Notes: generated by a model not told the origin, from the sequence alone. Positions 10,007 through 19,790 are shown, numbered from the stretch's first letter. The stretch: DNA of 40,986 nucleotides from Candidatus Bathyarchaeia archaeon (GCA_050010515.1 JBEKKX010000021.1:1-40986), one strand, 5' to 3'. Numbers and translations: made by a program.

Positions 10007-11257
10007 TTACTCGCCATATGTGCCTCTTCTGATCTTCTCAGCCAACAAATGAATAAACTCAATCGGCCAAACATCATCGCACACATCGTCAGTCAATATT
10101 TTTCGTTGATGATACATAGAAATTAAATCATTTTTCAGCAGAAGTATTAAGAGGAACTGGTGACCGTAGGTTCTTTTGAATAGTGCATATTTGCGAGCTT
10201 GCTTTTTAGTCATTTCAAAATGTGGTTCAAGAACTATTTTTCTCCCCTGAACTGTTTTTTCTAAAATAAAATCCGGCGTATAAACTTCATTATTCGGCAA
10301 GGGGAAACTAATCGTTTCATAACCATAAGCAATGTGCATCCTTAAAAGAACGAGAGCGGTTTTTTTCTCCCATCCGCTTTTGTAGCGGCTCATTTTTTGG
10401 TAATAAGCTTGGGACTGACCAGTTATTTTTTGCATTCGGTCAAGAAAATCAAGTGCTGTTTTCAACGTGTACCGGTTTAGTGTTTTTTGTCTAAGCCATC
10501 TGCCTAAGAGGAAGAAGGGATAATCAACCTTTGCGGGGTCTTTTGGAAAGAGCTGTTTTGCAAAGTCAGTTATTTTTTGCCTTGCCATTGCTGCTGTGTG
10601 TTCGTCTCTCCATAGTGATGGCGAAGCTGAGTTTATTATCCCCAGGCTCGCTGCTACGTTGGCGTTTTCTTTGGTCAATGGAACGTAGAGGTCTTCTGGT
10701 AAAAGATGGTCGTAGATTTGCAGGTCAGGTTGAGGTCGCACCATCCACCGCATGTAAATCCACGCCTTATCTACGTGTGGTCCGTTAATTGCCTTGATGT
10801 TTTTTGCGATGTCTTCAACGAAATCCTTGGGCTTACTAAATTTTTGAGCATATTTTAGCAAATTTTTTTCTGCGTTAGTTTTAACAAATATGTTGATGGA
10901 TGCCATGATTTCTGATGCCGCTTTTTTGTTTGGGCCCAAGTCATAATAAAAATCAGATTTCACGATTTCTTCTTCAAAAATATGTGCTTTTTTGATTTCT
11001 AAAAGGCTGTTGCCAAAGGCTTCATGGAGATATGACAGTAGCATTCTAGCGTTTTCAGGGTAACCTACCACTGTATCATCAAGTATAGATGCAGCCAGTA
11101 AAAAGTAGTGAGCAATAGTTTTCCGCTCTTCATAACTTTCGGAGTACGGATTAAAAGGCAACCTTGGACTCATACGTCGGTCCCATTGGATATCAACAAC
11201 GTTAGAGTTCTTGTTAATGAAGTCAACAAGTAAAGAGAGCACTTCGTCAGTTGCCAT
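10007..11257 (-). CDS. DUF2400/TIGR02757-like domain fused to a T7 endonuclease I-like PD-(D/E)xK domain
   Basis: MRWMVR...LYVPL...FPKDPAKVDYPFF; C-terminal KSGWEK...YE...YTPDFIL...LEPH. Confidence 0.7.
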   Translation of the reverse strand: MATDEVLSLLVDFINKNSNVVDIQWDRRMSPRLPFNPYSESYEERKTIAHYFLLAASILDDTVVGYPENARMLLSYLHEAFGNSLLEIKKAHIFEEEIVKSDFYYDLGPNKKAASEIMASINIFVKTNAEKNLLKYAQKFSKPKDFVEDIAKNIKAINGPHVDKAWIYMRWMVRPQPDLQIYDHLLPEDLYVPLTKENANVAASLGIINSASPSLWRDEHTAAMARQKITDFAKQLFPKDPAKVDYPFFLLGRWLRQKTLNRYTLKTALDFLDRMQKITGQSQAYYQKMSRYKSGWEKKTALVLLRMHIAYGYETISFPLPNNEVYTPDFILEKTVQGRKIVLEPHFEMTKKQARKYALFKRTYGHQFLLILLLKNDLISMYHQRKILTDDVCDDVWPIEFIHLLAEKIRRGTYGE

Positions 11258-11460
11258 AGCCTTTTCCGCCTGAATTATTACATATATGCATTGAGTAACT
11301 TAAAACTCCTATTATGATAATCGACAATTTAATAAGAAATATTTTTTTTACCTTATTACAATTAAGAAATAGTTAATAGAAGCGAGAATTTTGAATATGC
11401 ATTACAGCGAAAAAGACGAAGCGCCTATATAGGAAAACACTGTAAAAATTAAGGGCATGT

Positions 11461-11535
11461 GGGCCGGTCGTCTAGCCTGGTTAGGACATCTGCTTGACGT
11501 GCAGAAGGTCGCCGGTCCGAATCCGGTCCGGCCCA
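11461..11535 (+). tRNA. tRNA-Val(GAC)
   Basis: GGGCCGG/CCGGCCC acceptor stem; TCTGC-TT GAC GT-GCAGA anticodon arm; T-loop reads TCCGAAT. Confidence 0.95.
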
Positions 11536-12100
11536 CCTCAAACCAATCCGAGACATTTCCTTTGGCATTGTGAGTGAGTAAATTGATTTTTAGTGATCAA
11601 AAAACGGAAAACCGAGAAACCAACAAACCAGAATGAATTTTGCTCCCGCTTCGGACCCTTTGTCTTTCGCGCGGCGCGCTATGAATCTTTGCTGAGTGCT
11701 TTTTAGGAAAGCCTGCTGATTACTTGTTATCGATTAGTAATGCATTTTTTCAGTAGAGCGTAAGCATGTGAGCACTATAAGAATTATGAGCCTTATTCTA
11801 TTGGGTTTAAGTCCTTTCCAATTTAAAATAAAAAACAAAACCTTGAAAAAATACTGCAAAAACCATTTTTAGGAACAAACATGCGCGCTTTTTGAGTGTG
11901 AGTTATAGTTTAATCGTTAAGGTTGAGAAGATATATAGAAAATTGCAATACCGAAAGGCTTTATATACCATTAATTTTTGAGAAAAATTTAAGCAATATC
12001 TTAAACTCAAAAAGTCGCGCGGCACGCTTGGTAGGTTTTATAAGTTCAGACGTTTATACAATTAGCTGTTTCTGAAAAATTTTAGGAGAAAAGACTAAAA

Positions 12101-12871
12101 ATGCCTGTTAAAATCAAGCGATATGGATGGGTTCCGGACCTGCCCGATCATCGAGACTTTTTGTATGCGGTTCCAACTGAGGCCCTTGTCCGTCTTCCTC
12201 CAAGTTTCGACCTGCGAGATCAATATCAATTTCCTCCCATATATGACCAGGGTGAGTTGGGAAGTTGCTCTGCCAACGCTATTGCAGGAGCTGTTGAGTT
12301 TGATCTGATAAAACAGAAACAAAAACGCGTCTTCATTCCATCGCGGCTTTTCCTTTATTACAACGAGCGCGCTATGGAGGGGACTGTGACTTCAGATTCT
12401 GGGGGTCAAATTCGAGATGGCATCAAGAGTGAGGCAAAGCAGGGGGACTGCCCCGAGAATCTTTGGCCATATGACATTACAAAATTTGCTGTGAAACCAC
12501 CGAAACAGTGCTATGATAATGCTTTGAAATACAAGGTCATTAATTATCAAAGGCTTGTTCAAGATCTTAACCAGCTTAAGGGATGCTTGTTTTCGGGTTA
12601 CCCATTCGTCTTTGGGTTCACTGTCTATGCAAGCTTCGAAAGCCCACAAGTTGAGCAGACTGGCCATGCTCCTATGCCGGCGCCAGGAGAACAGGTGATA
12701 GGAGGACACGCTGTGATGGCGGTCGGGTACGACAATTCCAATCAATGGTTCATTGTGAGAAACTCATGGGGAGAGGGCTGGGGCATGGAAGGTTACTTTA
12801 CGCTTCCTTACGCGTACTTGCTCAACCAGAACCTATCCAGCGATTTTTGGACAATAAGAGTGGTGAGTTGA
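12101..12871 (+). CDS. C1 family papain-like cysteine peptidase (xylellain-like)
   Basis: DQGELGSC (Cys), GGHAV (His), RNSWG (Asn); no signal peptide. Confidence 0.93.
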   Translation: MPVKIKRYGWVPDLPDHRDFLYAVPTEALVRLPPSFDLRDQYQFPPIYDQGELGSCSANAIAGAVEFDLIKQKQKRVFIPSRLFLYYNERAMEGTVTSDSGGQIRDGIKSEAKQGDCPENLWPYDITKFAVKPPKQCYDNALKYKVINYQRLVQDLNQLKGCLFSGYPFVFGFTVYASFESPQVEQTGHAPMPAPGEQVIGGHAVMAVGYDNSNQWFIVRNSWGEGWGMEGYFTLPYAYLLNQNLSSDFWTIRVVS

Positions 12872-12956
12872 AAAGTTTTGACTTCAACTTTTTCCCCCGT
12901 TGCGAGCTGGAAAAATAATCATTGCATAAGTGCATGCGCTTTAAGGAGGTGAAAAA

Positions 12957-13118
12957 GTGACTAAGGGAAATTGTCCAGTATGTGATAAGCCGATGGAAGC
13001 AAGACCAATTAAAATAACGGTGAGGGGAAAAGAAATCAAAGATACGGTATATGTGTGCAGTTCTTCAACTTGCAAGGGCGCTTTTATCCCAGAAAGCATT
13101 TTTGGTGTGCGCCCATGA
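12957..13118 (+). CDS. Small 53-aa zinc-finger protein, absent from the ORF track
   Basis: GGAGGTG RBS, GTG start; MTKGNCPVCDKPMEARPIKITVRGKEIKDTVYVCSSSTCKGAFIPESIFGVRP. Confidence 0.7.
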   Translation: MTKGNCPVCDKPMEARPIKITVRGKEIKDTVYVCSSSTCKGAFIPESIFGVRP

Positions 13119-13452
13119 TAGTGACGCGGTTTTCTCCCAACCTTGACTGCATGCTTCATTTGGGTTCAGCAATTGACTGTTTCTAATGAGTTCTCTAAGG
13201 TATATACTCAACATCTTTTTTTCTCAAAATTTTCATCAAGATAGTGGCTACGACAGAGAAAACTGCTTGCGTGTGCTCGTGAATTATTGCATGCAACAGC
13301 GATGGAAGGCATAGTCGGAGAAGTTGCAGCGGCAATACCTGTTCCTATAAACTGACGGCAACATGGGAAATTCTTCAAATAGGCTACGGAAAAACGTTTT
13401 ATGTGCGCGTAACATTATTATTGAGTTATGAATTCGCGATAGCACGTAGGTT

Positions 13453-16400
13453 ATGCTCATGGATTTTAGCCAAGATGAAAGGGACTACAAATGGTTTGAA
13501 GCAGCAAAATCCTATGAGCAAGCATTGCACTCCCGCTCCTTACCTCCTTCTTCCGCCGCGGATTATTGGCAGAGAATAGGCTACTGTTATGACTTAGCTT
13601 CTAGGCAGACAAGGGATATAGAGGGATTTAAGAATCTGAGACGGCTGGCAGTCGAAGCCTACGAAAAGGCTGCCGGACTTTTCATTGAAGGTCTGACCTC
13701 AGAAAATCAAAAGAGCTCACAATGTCTCGCCCTCGCTGAGTATGCGCGTTCTTGGCTGGCATCCAGCTCTTCTGAGAAACAAAAAACATTGGATAAATGT
13801 CATGACCTGGCAAAAGCAGCCCTAGAGATCTTCAAGAACTCTGGAAACATAATAGAATACGGTAAGACCACTAACATCCTAAATCAATGCCTATTTGACC
13901 GTTTGTACATTGCAGGTACCAGAGAAGAAGTTAAAGCGATCTCCAAAGAAGGAATAGACACTGCGGACGCCGCCATAACCGCTCTATCTAAGCTTGAAAA
14001 CAAGAATGAGCTTCTTCTTGCGTTCTCTTGGGCCAGTCTTCAAACCTGGTATGCTGCAAATATTTCTGAGCAAGAAAAACAGGCAAAGACACTTGCAAAC
14101 AGATGCGTGAGTTACTCAGAGAACGCGTTAAAACTTTCCAAACAAGTCGAAAACCCATATTATAGGGTGATGGCACTGTGGGCAGAAACTCTGTCAACTC
14201 TCTTTTTCACAGACAACATCGAGTCTTCTAGAGAATATGCGAAAGAAATGCTTGAACAAGCCTCAGTGATAAGAGACAACTACTTCAAAGGCATTGCAGG
14301 TTATCTTCTTGCGTTCGTCTCAGATTGGATGATTCCTGGAGAAGCAAACCCCGACAAAAAGAAAAATAGACACGAAGAGATCCTCAAGTATGCAGAAGAA
14401 GCCATCCAACACCTTCAATTGGTAAACCAAGACACGGCGATCGCAGAAACCTACTTATTCTACGTCGAAAGCTACTCGTGTATAGCACGAGAATTTGCCA
14501 CCAACGCGTCGGAGAAACTCTCCTTTTCAAGAAAAGCGATAGAAACCGGTGAAAAAGGACTGGATCACGCGTTACGCTCCGGATCACTTGATGCGTTGGG
14601 GTCCACCTTGCACGCATTGAGCAAGGCATATCATTATTACTCAAAACTTGAACCTGAAAAAGAAGAAAAACAGCAACAGCTAAGAAATGCTCTAGGTTTC
14701 AGAAAAGAATACTTAAACACCGTACAAAAAGGGTTCCCAGCAAACACTTGGGTACTCGGTGTGGGCCTAGTCTGTGAAGCTCAGATAGAAGCAGACCTTG
14801 CTGCACTGGAAAAAGAAGAAAGTAAAATCGCCCTTCTTCAAGACGCTATCGCCGATATGAACGATGGAGTTACACATTGCAAGAATTGGATAGAAACCCG
14901 CGCTGTTCCCTCACTAATAGCAATTGTCGCTGGAATGGAGGATGCATTTGCTGAAATGTTGGACGAAGGCTATCAGTTAACCTCAGATAAAGAGAATCTA
15001 AAAAAGGCCAACGAAGTCTATGGAAACGCTGCAGAAGATTTCAAAAAAGTTGACTTGCCAAGCCGCGTCGCAGAGTCCTACTGGAAAATCGCCAGAAACC
15101 TCGATCTCCTCGGCGAGCATAATCAAGCTGCTGGAAACTTTGAAAAAGGCTTCGCTGGATACAAAGCAGCAGCTCAAAAAATCAGCCAGTTCAGCGACTT
15201 CTACCTCGACTACGCATCCTACATGAAGGCATGGAGCGAAATTGAAACAGCAAAACTCGAACACAACAACGAAAAATACACGGACGCGATGAATCATTAC
15301 GAAAAAGCATCAAGTCTTCTAAAACGATCAAAATCATGGAACTATCTGTCTTCAAACTTTTATGCATGGTCACTTCTGGAACAAGCAGAAGACCTAAGCA
15401 TAAAAGACAATTGCAAAGAGTCAATAGTGACCTTCGAGAAAGCCATCAAATTCCTGCGAGACTCCGAGCGAATCCTTCTCGCCGAACTGGGCAGAATCGG
15501 CAAAACAGACGAACAAAACCTAGTCAAAAGACTAATCCAAGCCTCAAAAATCAGGGTTGAGTACAGTAATGGAAGAATTTCTATAGAAGAAGCGAAAATT
15601 CTCGACAGACAAGGCGACCACGGAGCCAGTTCCCAAAAATATGAATCTGCAGCAGAAACCTTCCAAAAAATATTGCAGACCGATCAAGAGCAAACGGGGA
15701 AAGAAGTCAGACCACTCGTTTACCTCTGCCAAGCATGGCAAAAAATGACCCTAGCGGAAGCAAGAAGTTCCCCAATAATGTACGAGGAAGCTGCAGACCT
15801 CTTCACCCTCGCAAATGAACACGCAACCAAAGAATCAGCAAGTCTGCTTGCGTTGGGACACAGCAGCTTCTGCAAAGCATTGGAAGCCGGGACAGAATTT
15901 GAGATCACGAGAAACACAACTATGTACGAAGAAACCGCCAAACACATGAGTTCTGCCGCAAGCTACTATCTCCGAGCTGGTTTCGAGTCAGCTTCTGATT
16001 ACGCAAAAGCCACGCAACACCTTTTCGACGCTTACGTCTACATGGACAGCGCTAAACGAGAAAAAGATCCTGCAAAAGAAGCAAAGTTTTATTTAATGGC
16101 CGAAAAAGTGCTGCAAATTTCAGCCGCATGCTTCGCAAAAGCAGGGCACATCGAGAAAAACGAGCAAGTCCAGCGCCTCCTTAGGAAAGTCAGAGACGAC
16201 AAAGAACTAGCACTAACCCTCAGCGAAGTCTTCCATGCACCAACCATCACATCATCCACGGCGAGTTTCTCAACGATAGAACCAAACGAAGAAAAAGCAG
16301 TAGGCCTAGAAAGATTCGAACATGCAGAGATACAAGCTAAACTCATCCAACACGAAAATGAAACCAAAGTAGGAGAAAACGTAAACCTCAAAATCCAAAT

Positions 16401-17379
16401 CGTAAACGTAGGCAAAGAACCAGTCCTGATGACCAAAATCGAAAACATACTTCCAGCCGGGTTTCAAATCGTTACCAAACCCGACTACTGCTCTTTCGAG
16501 GGCACTGCTCTCACTATGAAGGGAAGAAAGCTAGAACCTCTCAAGACCGACGAAATCAAAATGGTCTTGAAATCGTTCTTAAAAGGCTCTGTTGAAATCA
16601 GTCCAAGAATTATCTGTGTCGACGAAACAGGGCATAAAATGACCTACAATCTTGAACCCGTGACTTTCAGTTTTCTGGAAGCAGCTCTTCCAGGTCGCGT
16701 CAGCACAGGATACACTAGCCTTGATAACCTGTTATTGGGCGGAATACCTGAAAACTACACGATTATACTGACAAGTCCATCCTGCGACGAGAGAGAAGAA
16801 CTGATCAAGAGGTTCCTTCTGGCAGGCCTGACTAACGAGCAAATAACATTCTACATTACAACAGAGTTGAGAAATGTGGCGACCCTAGCGGAGGAATTTC
16901 AGTCAACTCTCTATCTGTTCATCTGCAATCCTCGCGCAGACATCATAGTCAAGAATTTGCCCAATGTTTTCAAAATGAAAGGCATAGAAAGTCTGACAGA
17001 CATCGATATCGCATTAACCAAATCATTTCGTACGCTCGACACTCCACGAAGCGGACCAAGAAGAGCCTGCATAGAAATCATATCAGACGTTTTGCTGCAA
17101 CACCACGCCGTAATAACCAGAAAATGGTTAAGCGGGCTTCTCCCAGACCTAAGGGCAAAAGGCTTCACAACTTTAGCAGTCATAAATCCCCAGATGCACC
17201 CACAAGAAGAAGTGCAAGCCATCCTAGGCCTATTCGAAGGAGAGATCAAGGTAACCGAAAGGGAAACCGAAAAAGGACCAGAAAAAATTCTCAGAATTCG
17301 AAAACTATACAACCAAAGATACGTAGACACCGAATCTATCCTGACAAAGGAAAAGCTTGAGATGCAGACGCCAAAATAA
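13453..17379 (+). CDS. Large TPR-like alpha-solenoid protein with Ig-like domain and C-terminal degenerate KaiC/RAD55-like ATPase domain
   Basis: About 930 aa of helical Ala-rich repeats; beta-rich IVNVGKEP...LPAGF domain; RVSTGYTSLDNLLLGGIP KaiC-type start with Walker A replaced by SPSCDER. Confidence 0.8.
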   Translation: MLMDFSQDERDYKWFEAAKSYEQALHSRSLPPSSAADYWQRIGYCYDLASRQTRDIEGFKNLRRLAVEAYEKAAGLFIEGLTSENQKSSQCLALAEYARSWLASSSSEKQKTLDKCHDLAKAALEIFKNSGNIIEYGKTTNILNQCLFDRLYIAGTREEVKAISKEGIDTADAAITALSKLENKNELLLAFSWASLQTWYAANISEQEKQAKTLANRCVSYSENALKLSKQVENPYYRVMALWAETLSTLFFTDNIESSREYAKEMLEQASVIRDNYFKGIAGYLLAFVSDWMIPGEANPDKKKNRHEEILKYAEEAIQHLQLVNQDTAIAETYLFYVESYSCIAREFATNASEKLSFSRKAIETGEKGLDHALRSGSLDALGSTLHALSKAYHYYSKLEPEKEEKQQQLRNALGFRKEYLNTVQKGFPANTWVLGVGLVCEAQIEADLAALEKEESKIALLQDAIADMNDGVTHCKNWIETRAVPSLIAIVAGMEDAFAEMLDEGYQLTSDKENLKKANEVYGNAAEDFKKVDLPSRVAESYWKIARNLDLLGEHNQAAGNFEKGFAGYKAAAQKISQFSDFYLDYASYMKAWSEIETAKLEHNNEKYTDAMNHYEKASSLLKRSKSWNYLSSNFYAWSLLEQAEDLSIKDNCKESIVTFEKAIKFLRDSERILLAELGRIGKTDEQNLVKRLIQASKIRVEYSNGRISIEEAKILDRQGDHGASSQKYESAAETFQKILQTDQEQTGKEVRPLVYLCQAWQKMTLAEARSSPIMYEEAADLFTLANEHATKESASLLALGHSSFCKALEAGTEFEITRNTTMYEETAKHMSSAASYYLRAGFESASDYAKATQHLFDAYVYMDSAKREKDPAKEAKFYLMAEKVLQISAACFAKAGHIEKNEQVQRLLRKVRDDKELALTLSEVFHAPTITSSTASFSTIEPNEEKAVGLERFEHAEIQAKLIQHENETKVGENVNLKIQIVNVGKEPVLMTKIENILPAGFQIVTKPDYCSFEGTALTMKGRKLEPLKTDEIKMVLKSFLKGSVEISPRIICVDETGHKMTYNLEPVTFSFLEAALPGRVSTGYTSLDNLLLGGIPENYTIILTSPSCDEREELIKRFLLAGLTNEQITFYITTELRNVATLAEEFQSTLYLFICNPRADIIVKNLPNVFKMKGIESLTDIDIALTKSFRTLDTPRSGPRRACIEIISDVLLQHHAVITRKWLSGLLPDLRAKGFTTLAVINPQMHPQEEVQAILGLFEGEIKVTERETEKGPEKILRIRKLYNQRYVDTESILTKEKLEMQTPK

Positions 17380-17819
17380 GCGCCAGCGTGTTGCAATTCG
17401 ATTTCTAGCGCGCCGCGCTAAAGCTTACTAATAGTTAAGTATTCGGGTGGCGTCTCCATTTGTCTTGAGTTCAAACCCTGCCATCGACACTACAACATCA
17501 TTTCGGATAATCCCTATACAGCTGCAATTTTCATTTCCTTAAGAATCTGAGCGGGCAATAAGGATCCCGTTCCAAGCCAATTTCATAAAAATCGCTTTCA
17601 GTCTGAACCAACTCTGGATTTTCAAATGTTCTCCGATGCTTTTCCCGTTGATAGTTCTCGGTGAATTCTTTAATGCTTTCGGAAACTTTAGTTTCTAAGA
17701 GGGTCATATTCTGTCCTCCGACAAAAAAATGAAAAAGAAAAAGCGTTTTTGATTACTCGAATCTGCAAGTAACATATATTAGGTTGTTCTATAAAATTAC
17801 TAGTTAGTCACAAAAGTTA

Positions 17820-19535
17820 GTGATTCTAGTGACCGAAAGCGAAATAGTCTCGGTTCTAAGGGATTTTGGGTTGACAGAAAAAGAAGCCGAAGTCTACTTA
17901 TTTCTTGCAAAAACTGGTGTTCAACGAGCAGGTGAGGTTTCGAAACGCCTGAAGATGCATAAGGCGCAGGTGTATCGTATTTTAGAGGTCTTGCAAAGCA
18001 GGGGGCTGACAGAGGCAACACTGGAATTCCCAGCACGTTTCGTGCCCATATCGTTTGAGCATTTTCTTGATATGACGATAAGAGCCAAAAGGGAAGAAAC
18101 CTTTCAGCTTGAAGCCAGGAAAAGCAAGTTGCTAACCCGTTGGGAATCCATAATTCCAGATAGACCATCGCCCCAGCAAGCAAAATTTACAGTCATTAAA
18201 GGAAGAGAAAACATCTATTCCAGGATTCTGGAGTTGATTGAGCATGCGAATATGGAGGTGCTGGCTATGACCGATAGCATAAGTATCATCAGGTCAGAGC
18301 AAGCTGGAATATTTGACCTTACCGAGAAGAACGACATCAGATTCAGAATCCTAACGAACGTTACAAAAGAAAATTATAGACTTGTGAAGGCAGTTCTTCA
18401 GAAGACTTTGCCGAAACATTTAGAAATTGAAGGACGCCACAAAGACTTAGGAGCCAAACCATATCCTCGTTTCGTGATTAGGGATAATGAGGAAATCGTT
18501 TTTTTCGTGACACCGACAGAGGACGCGTCTGCTCCAGATCGAGAGGACACAGTCCTATGGACCAATAGCCGAGAAATTGTCTCGGCACTTAAAATCTTCT
18601 TTGAAGAAACATGGGGTGAAGCAACAGATCTTGGAATAAGAATAAACGAGATTGAAACGGGAGCATCGACGCCGGAAACGGTCATTGTCAGAGATGGAGA
18701 GGAAGCCTATCAAAGATTTTGTAAAGAAATAAGAGAAGTGAAGGAAGAACTAATTGTAGTTTCCACTTCGAAGGGCTTCACTAAGGTGTTGTCGAATTGT
18801 CTTCTTTCTCAACTGTCCGAAAGACCTATAACAGTACATATTCTGGTTTCATTAGATTTGGAAAATTTGGAAGTTGCGGAATTACTTTCCAAACACTATC
18901 GGGTGAAATATTCCGATGCTGTTCACTCGAGTATAGTAATCGTTGACGGCATGCAAATGTTCATGTTTAAAGCCCCCTTGTCAGTCAAGAAAAAAGCTGA
19001 GCCTTCGGTGTACTTTGATCACTTGCTGTACACAAACGACGCCGATTACTTAAGAAGCATGAGAACCATGCTGGACGATTTGTGGAACAAGTCGCTTGAC
19101 CTCTCTGATATGAAGGTTGGAGCGGCGATGAGGTCGCCGCCAATAACGATATCGGCTGAGTCTCCAGTGTCCGAAGCTATCGACTCCATGCTTACAAATA
19201 ACATTGGTTCAGTGATTGTTGTCAAGGGCGAAAAGCCTGTAGGCATAATAACAGAAAAAGATATCCTTAACCGATTAGTAGGTACCCGGCGAGACCCTAG
19301 GAAAACAGTAGCAGAAGAAATCATGTCCTCGCCATTAGTTACGATTGGCAGTGAAAGGAGTCTTCTGGAAGCTTTGAATATTATGAAGTCCAGCGAAATT
19401 CGGCGACTAGTAGTAGTTGAGGAAGGAAGAATTGTGGGCGTACTTTCTGAAAGACGAGTTCTGGAAAAGTCAGAAGTGGGATTAATTCAGGAAATAAGTC
19501 AGCGCAGAAAATTCTCCATGAAGCGCAGCGCCTAA
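17820..19535 (+). CDS. TrmB family regulator with duplicated effector domains and C-terminal CBS pair
   Basis: FGLTEKEAEVYLFL TrmB HTH; two PLD-like effector segments; VGIITEKDIL and IMSSPLVTI CBS motifs. Confidence 0.87.
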   Translation: MILVTESEIVSVLRDFGLTEKEAEVYLFLAKTGVQRAGEVSKRLKMHKAQVYRILEVLQSRGLTEATLEFPARFVPISFEHFLDMTIRAKREETFQLEARKSKLLTRWESIIPDRPSPQQAKFTVIKGRENIYSRILELIEHANMEVLAMTDSISIIRSEQAGIFDLTEKNDIRFRILTNVTKENYRLVKAVLQKTLPKHLEIEGRHKDLGAKPYPRFVIRDNEEIVFFVTPTEDASAPDREDTVLWTNSREIVSALKIFFEETWGEATDLGIRINEIETGASTPETVIVRDGEEAYQRFCKEIREVKEELIVVSTSKGFTKVLSNCLLSQLSERPITVHILVSLDLENLEVAELLSKHYRVKYSDAVHSSIVIVDGMQMFMFKAPLSVKKKAEPSVYFDHLLYTNDADYLRSMRTMLDDLWNKSLDLSDMKVGAAMRSPPITISAESPVSEAIDSMLTNNIGSVIVVKGEKPVGIITEKDILNRLVGTRRDPRKTVAEEIMSSPLVTIGSERSLLEALNIMKSSEIRRLVVVEEGRIVGVLSERRVLEKSEVGLIQEISQRRKFSMKRSA

Positions 19536-19576
19536 CCTCAAGCTTAGCCTCTCGCATAGTCTTATAGTTAGTCGAG

Positions 19577-19655
19577 TGCTTGACGTGTTGAGCGTAGCGA
19601 AATCCTGAACGAAGTGAAGGGCAGAAGGTCGCCGGTCCGAATCCGGTCCAGTCCA
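19577..19655 (+). pseudogene. Partial tRNA-Val copy (att site) with a 34-nt insertion
   Basis: TGCTTGACGT, then insert 19587-19620, then GCAGAAGGTCGCCGGTCCGAATCCGGTCCaGtCCA. Confidence 0.85.
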
Positions 19656-19790
19656 CCACATAATAACCTGAGACTTTTTGGGCTTCTCTGAAAAATGTGT
19701 ACCAAAAAAATGATTCATAACGATTCTAAAAAGTCTTTTTTAAAATAAATACACGCACATAACAACAACTGTAGAAACGAAGCAACTGGG

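Larger units (their letters stand above)
11491..19655. mobile_element. Putative genomic island integrated at tRNA-Val(GAC); no integrase retained
   Basis: The tRNA 3' part 11491-11535 recurs at 19577-19655 as a direct repeat (2 substitutions, one 34-nt insertion). Confidence 0.7.

Noticed and set aside
12941-13159. 72-aa minus-strand ORF
   Set aside because: Antisense to the better-supported zinc-finger ORF 12957..13118, which has a strong RBS
13988-17396. Many short antisense or alternate-frame ORFs inside long genes (here and throughout the window)
   Set aside because: Nested in well-supported CDSs and lacking recognisable motifs
17467-17492. tRNA T-arm-like fragment GAGTTCAAACCCTGCCATCGACAC
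   Set aside because: T-stem does not pair well and no matching tRNA is in the window; could be a very decayed att site but is unsupported
19381-19718. Minus-strand ORFs spanning the partial tRNA copy
   Set aside because: They translate tRNA-derived sequence and overlap the TrmB gene antisense; no integrase similarity seen
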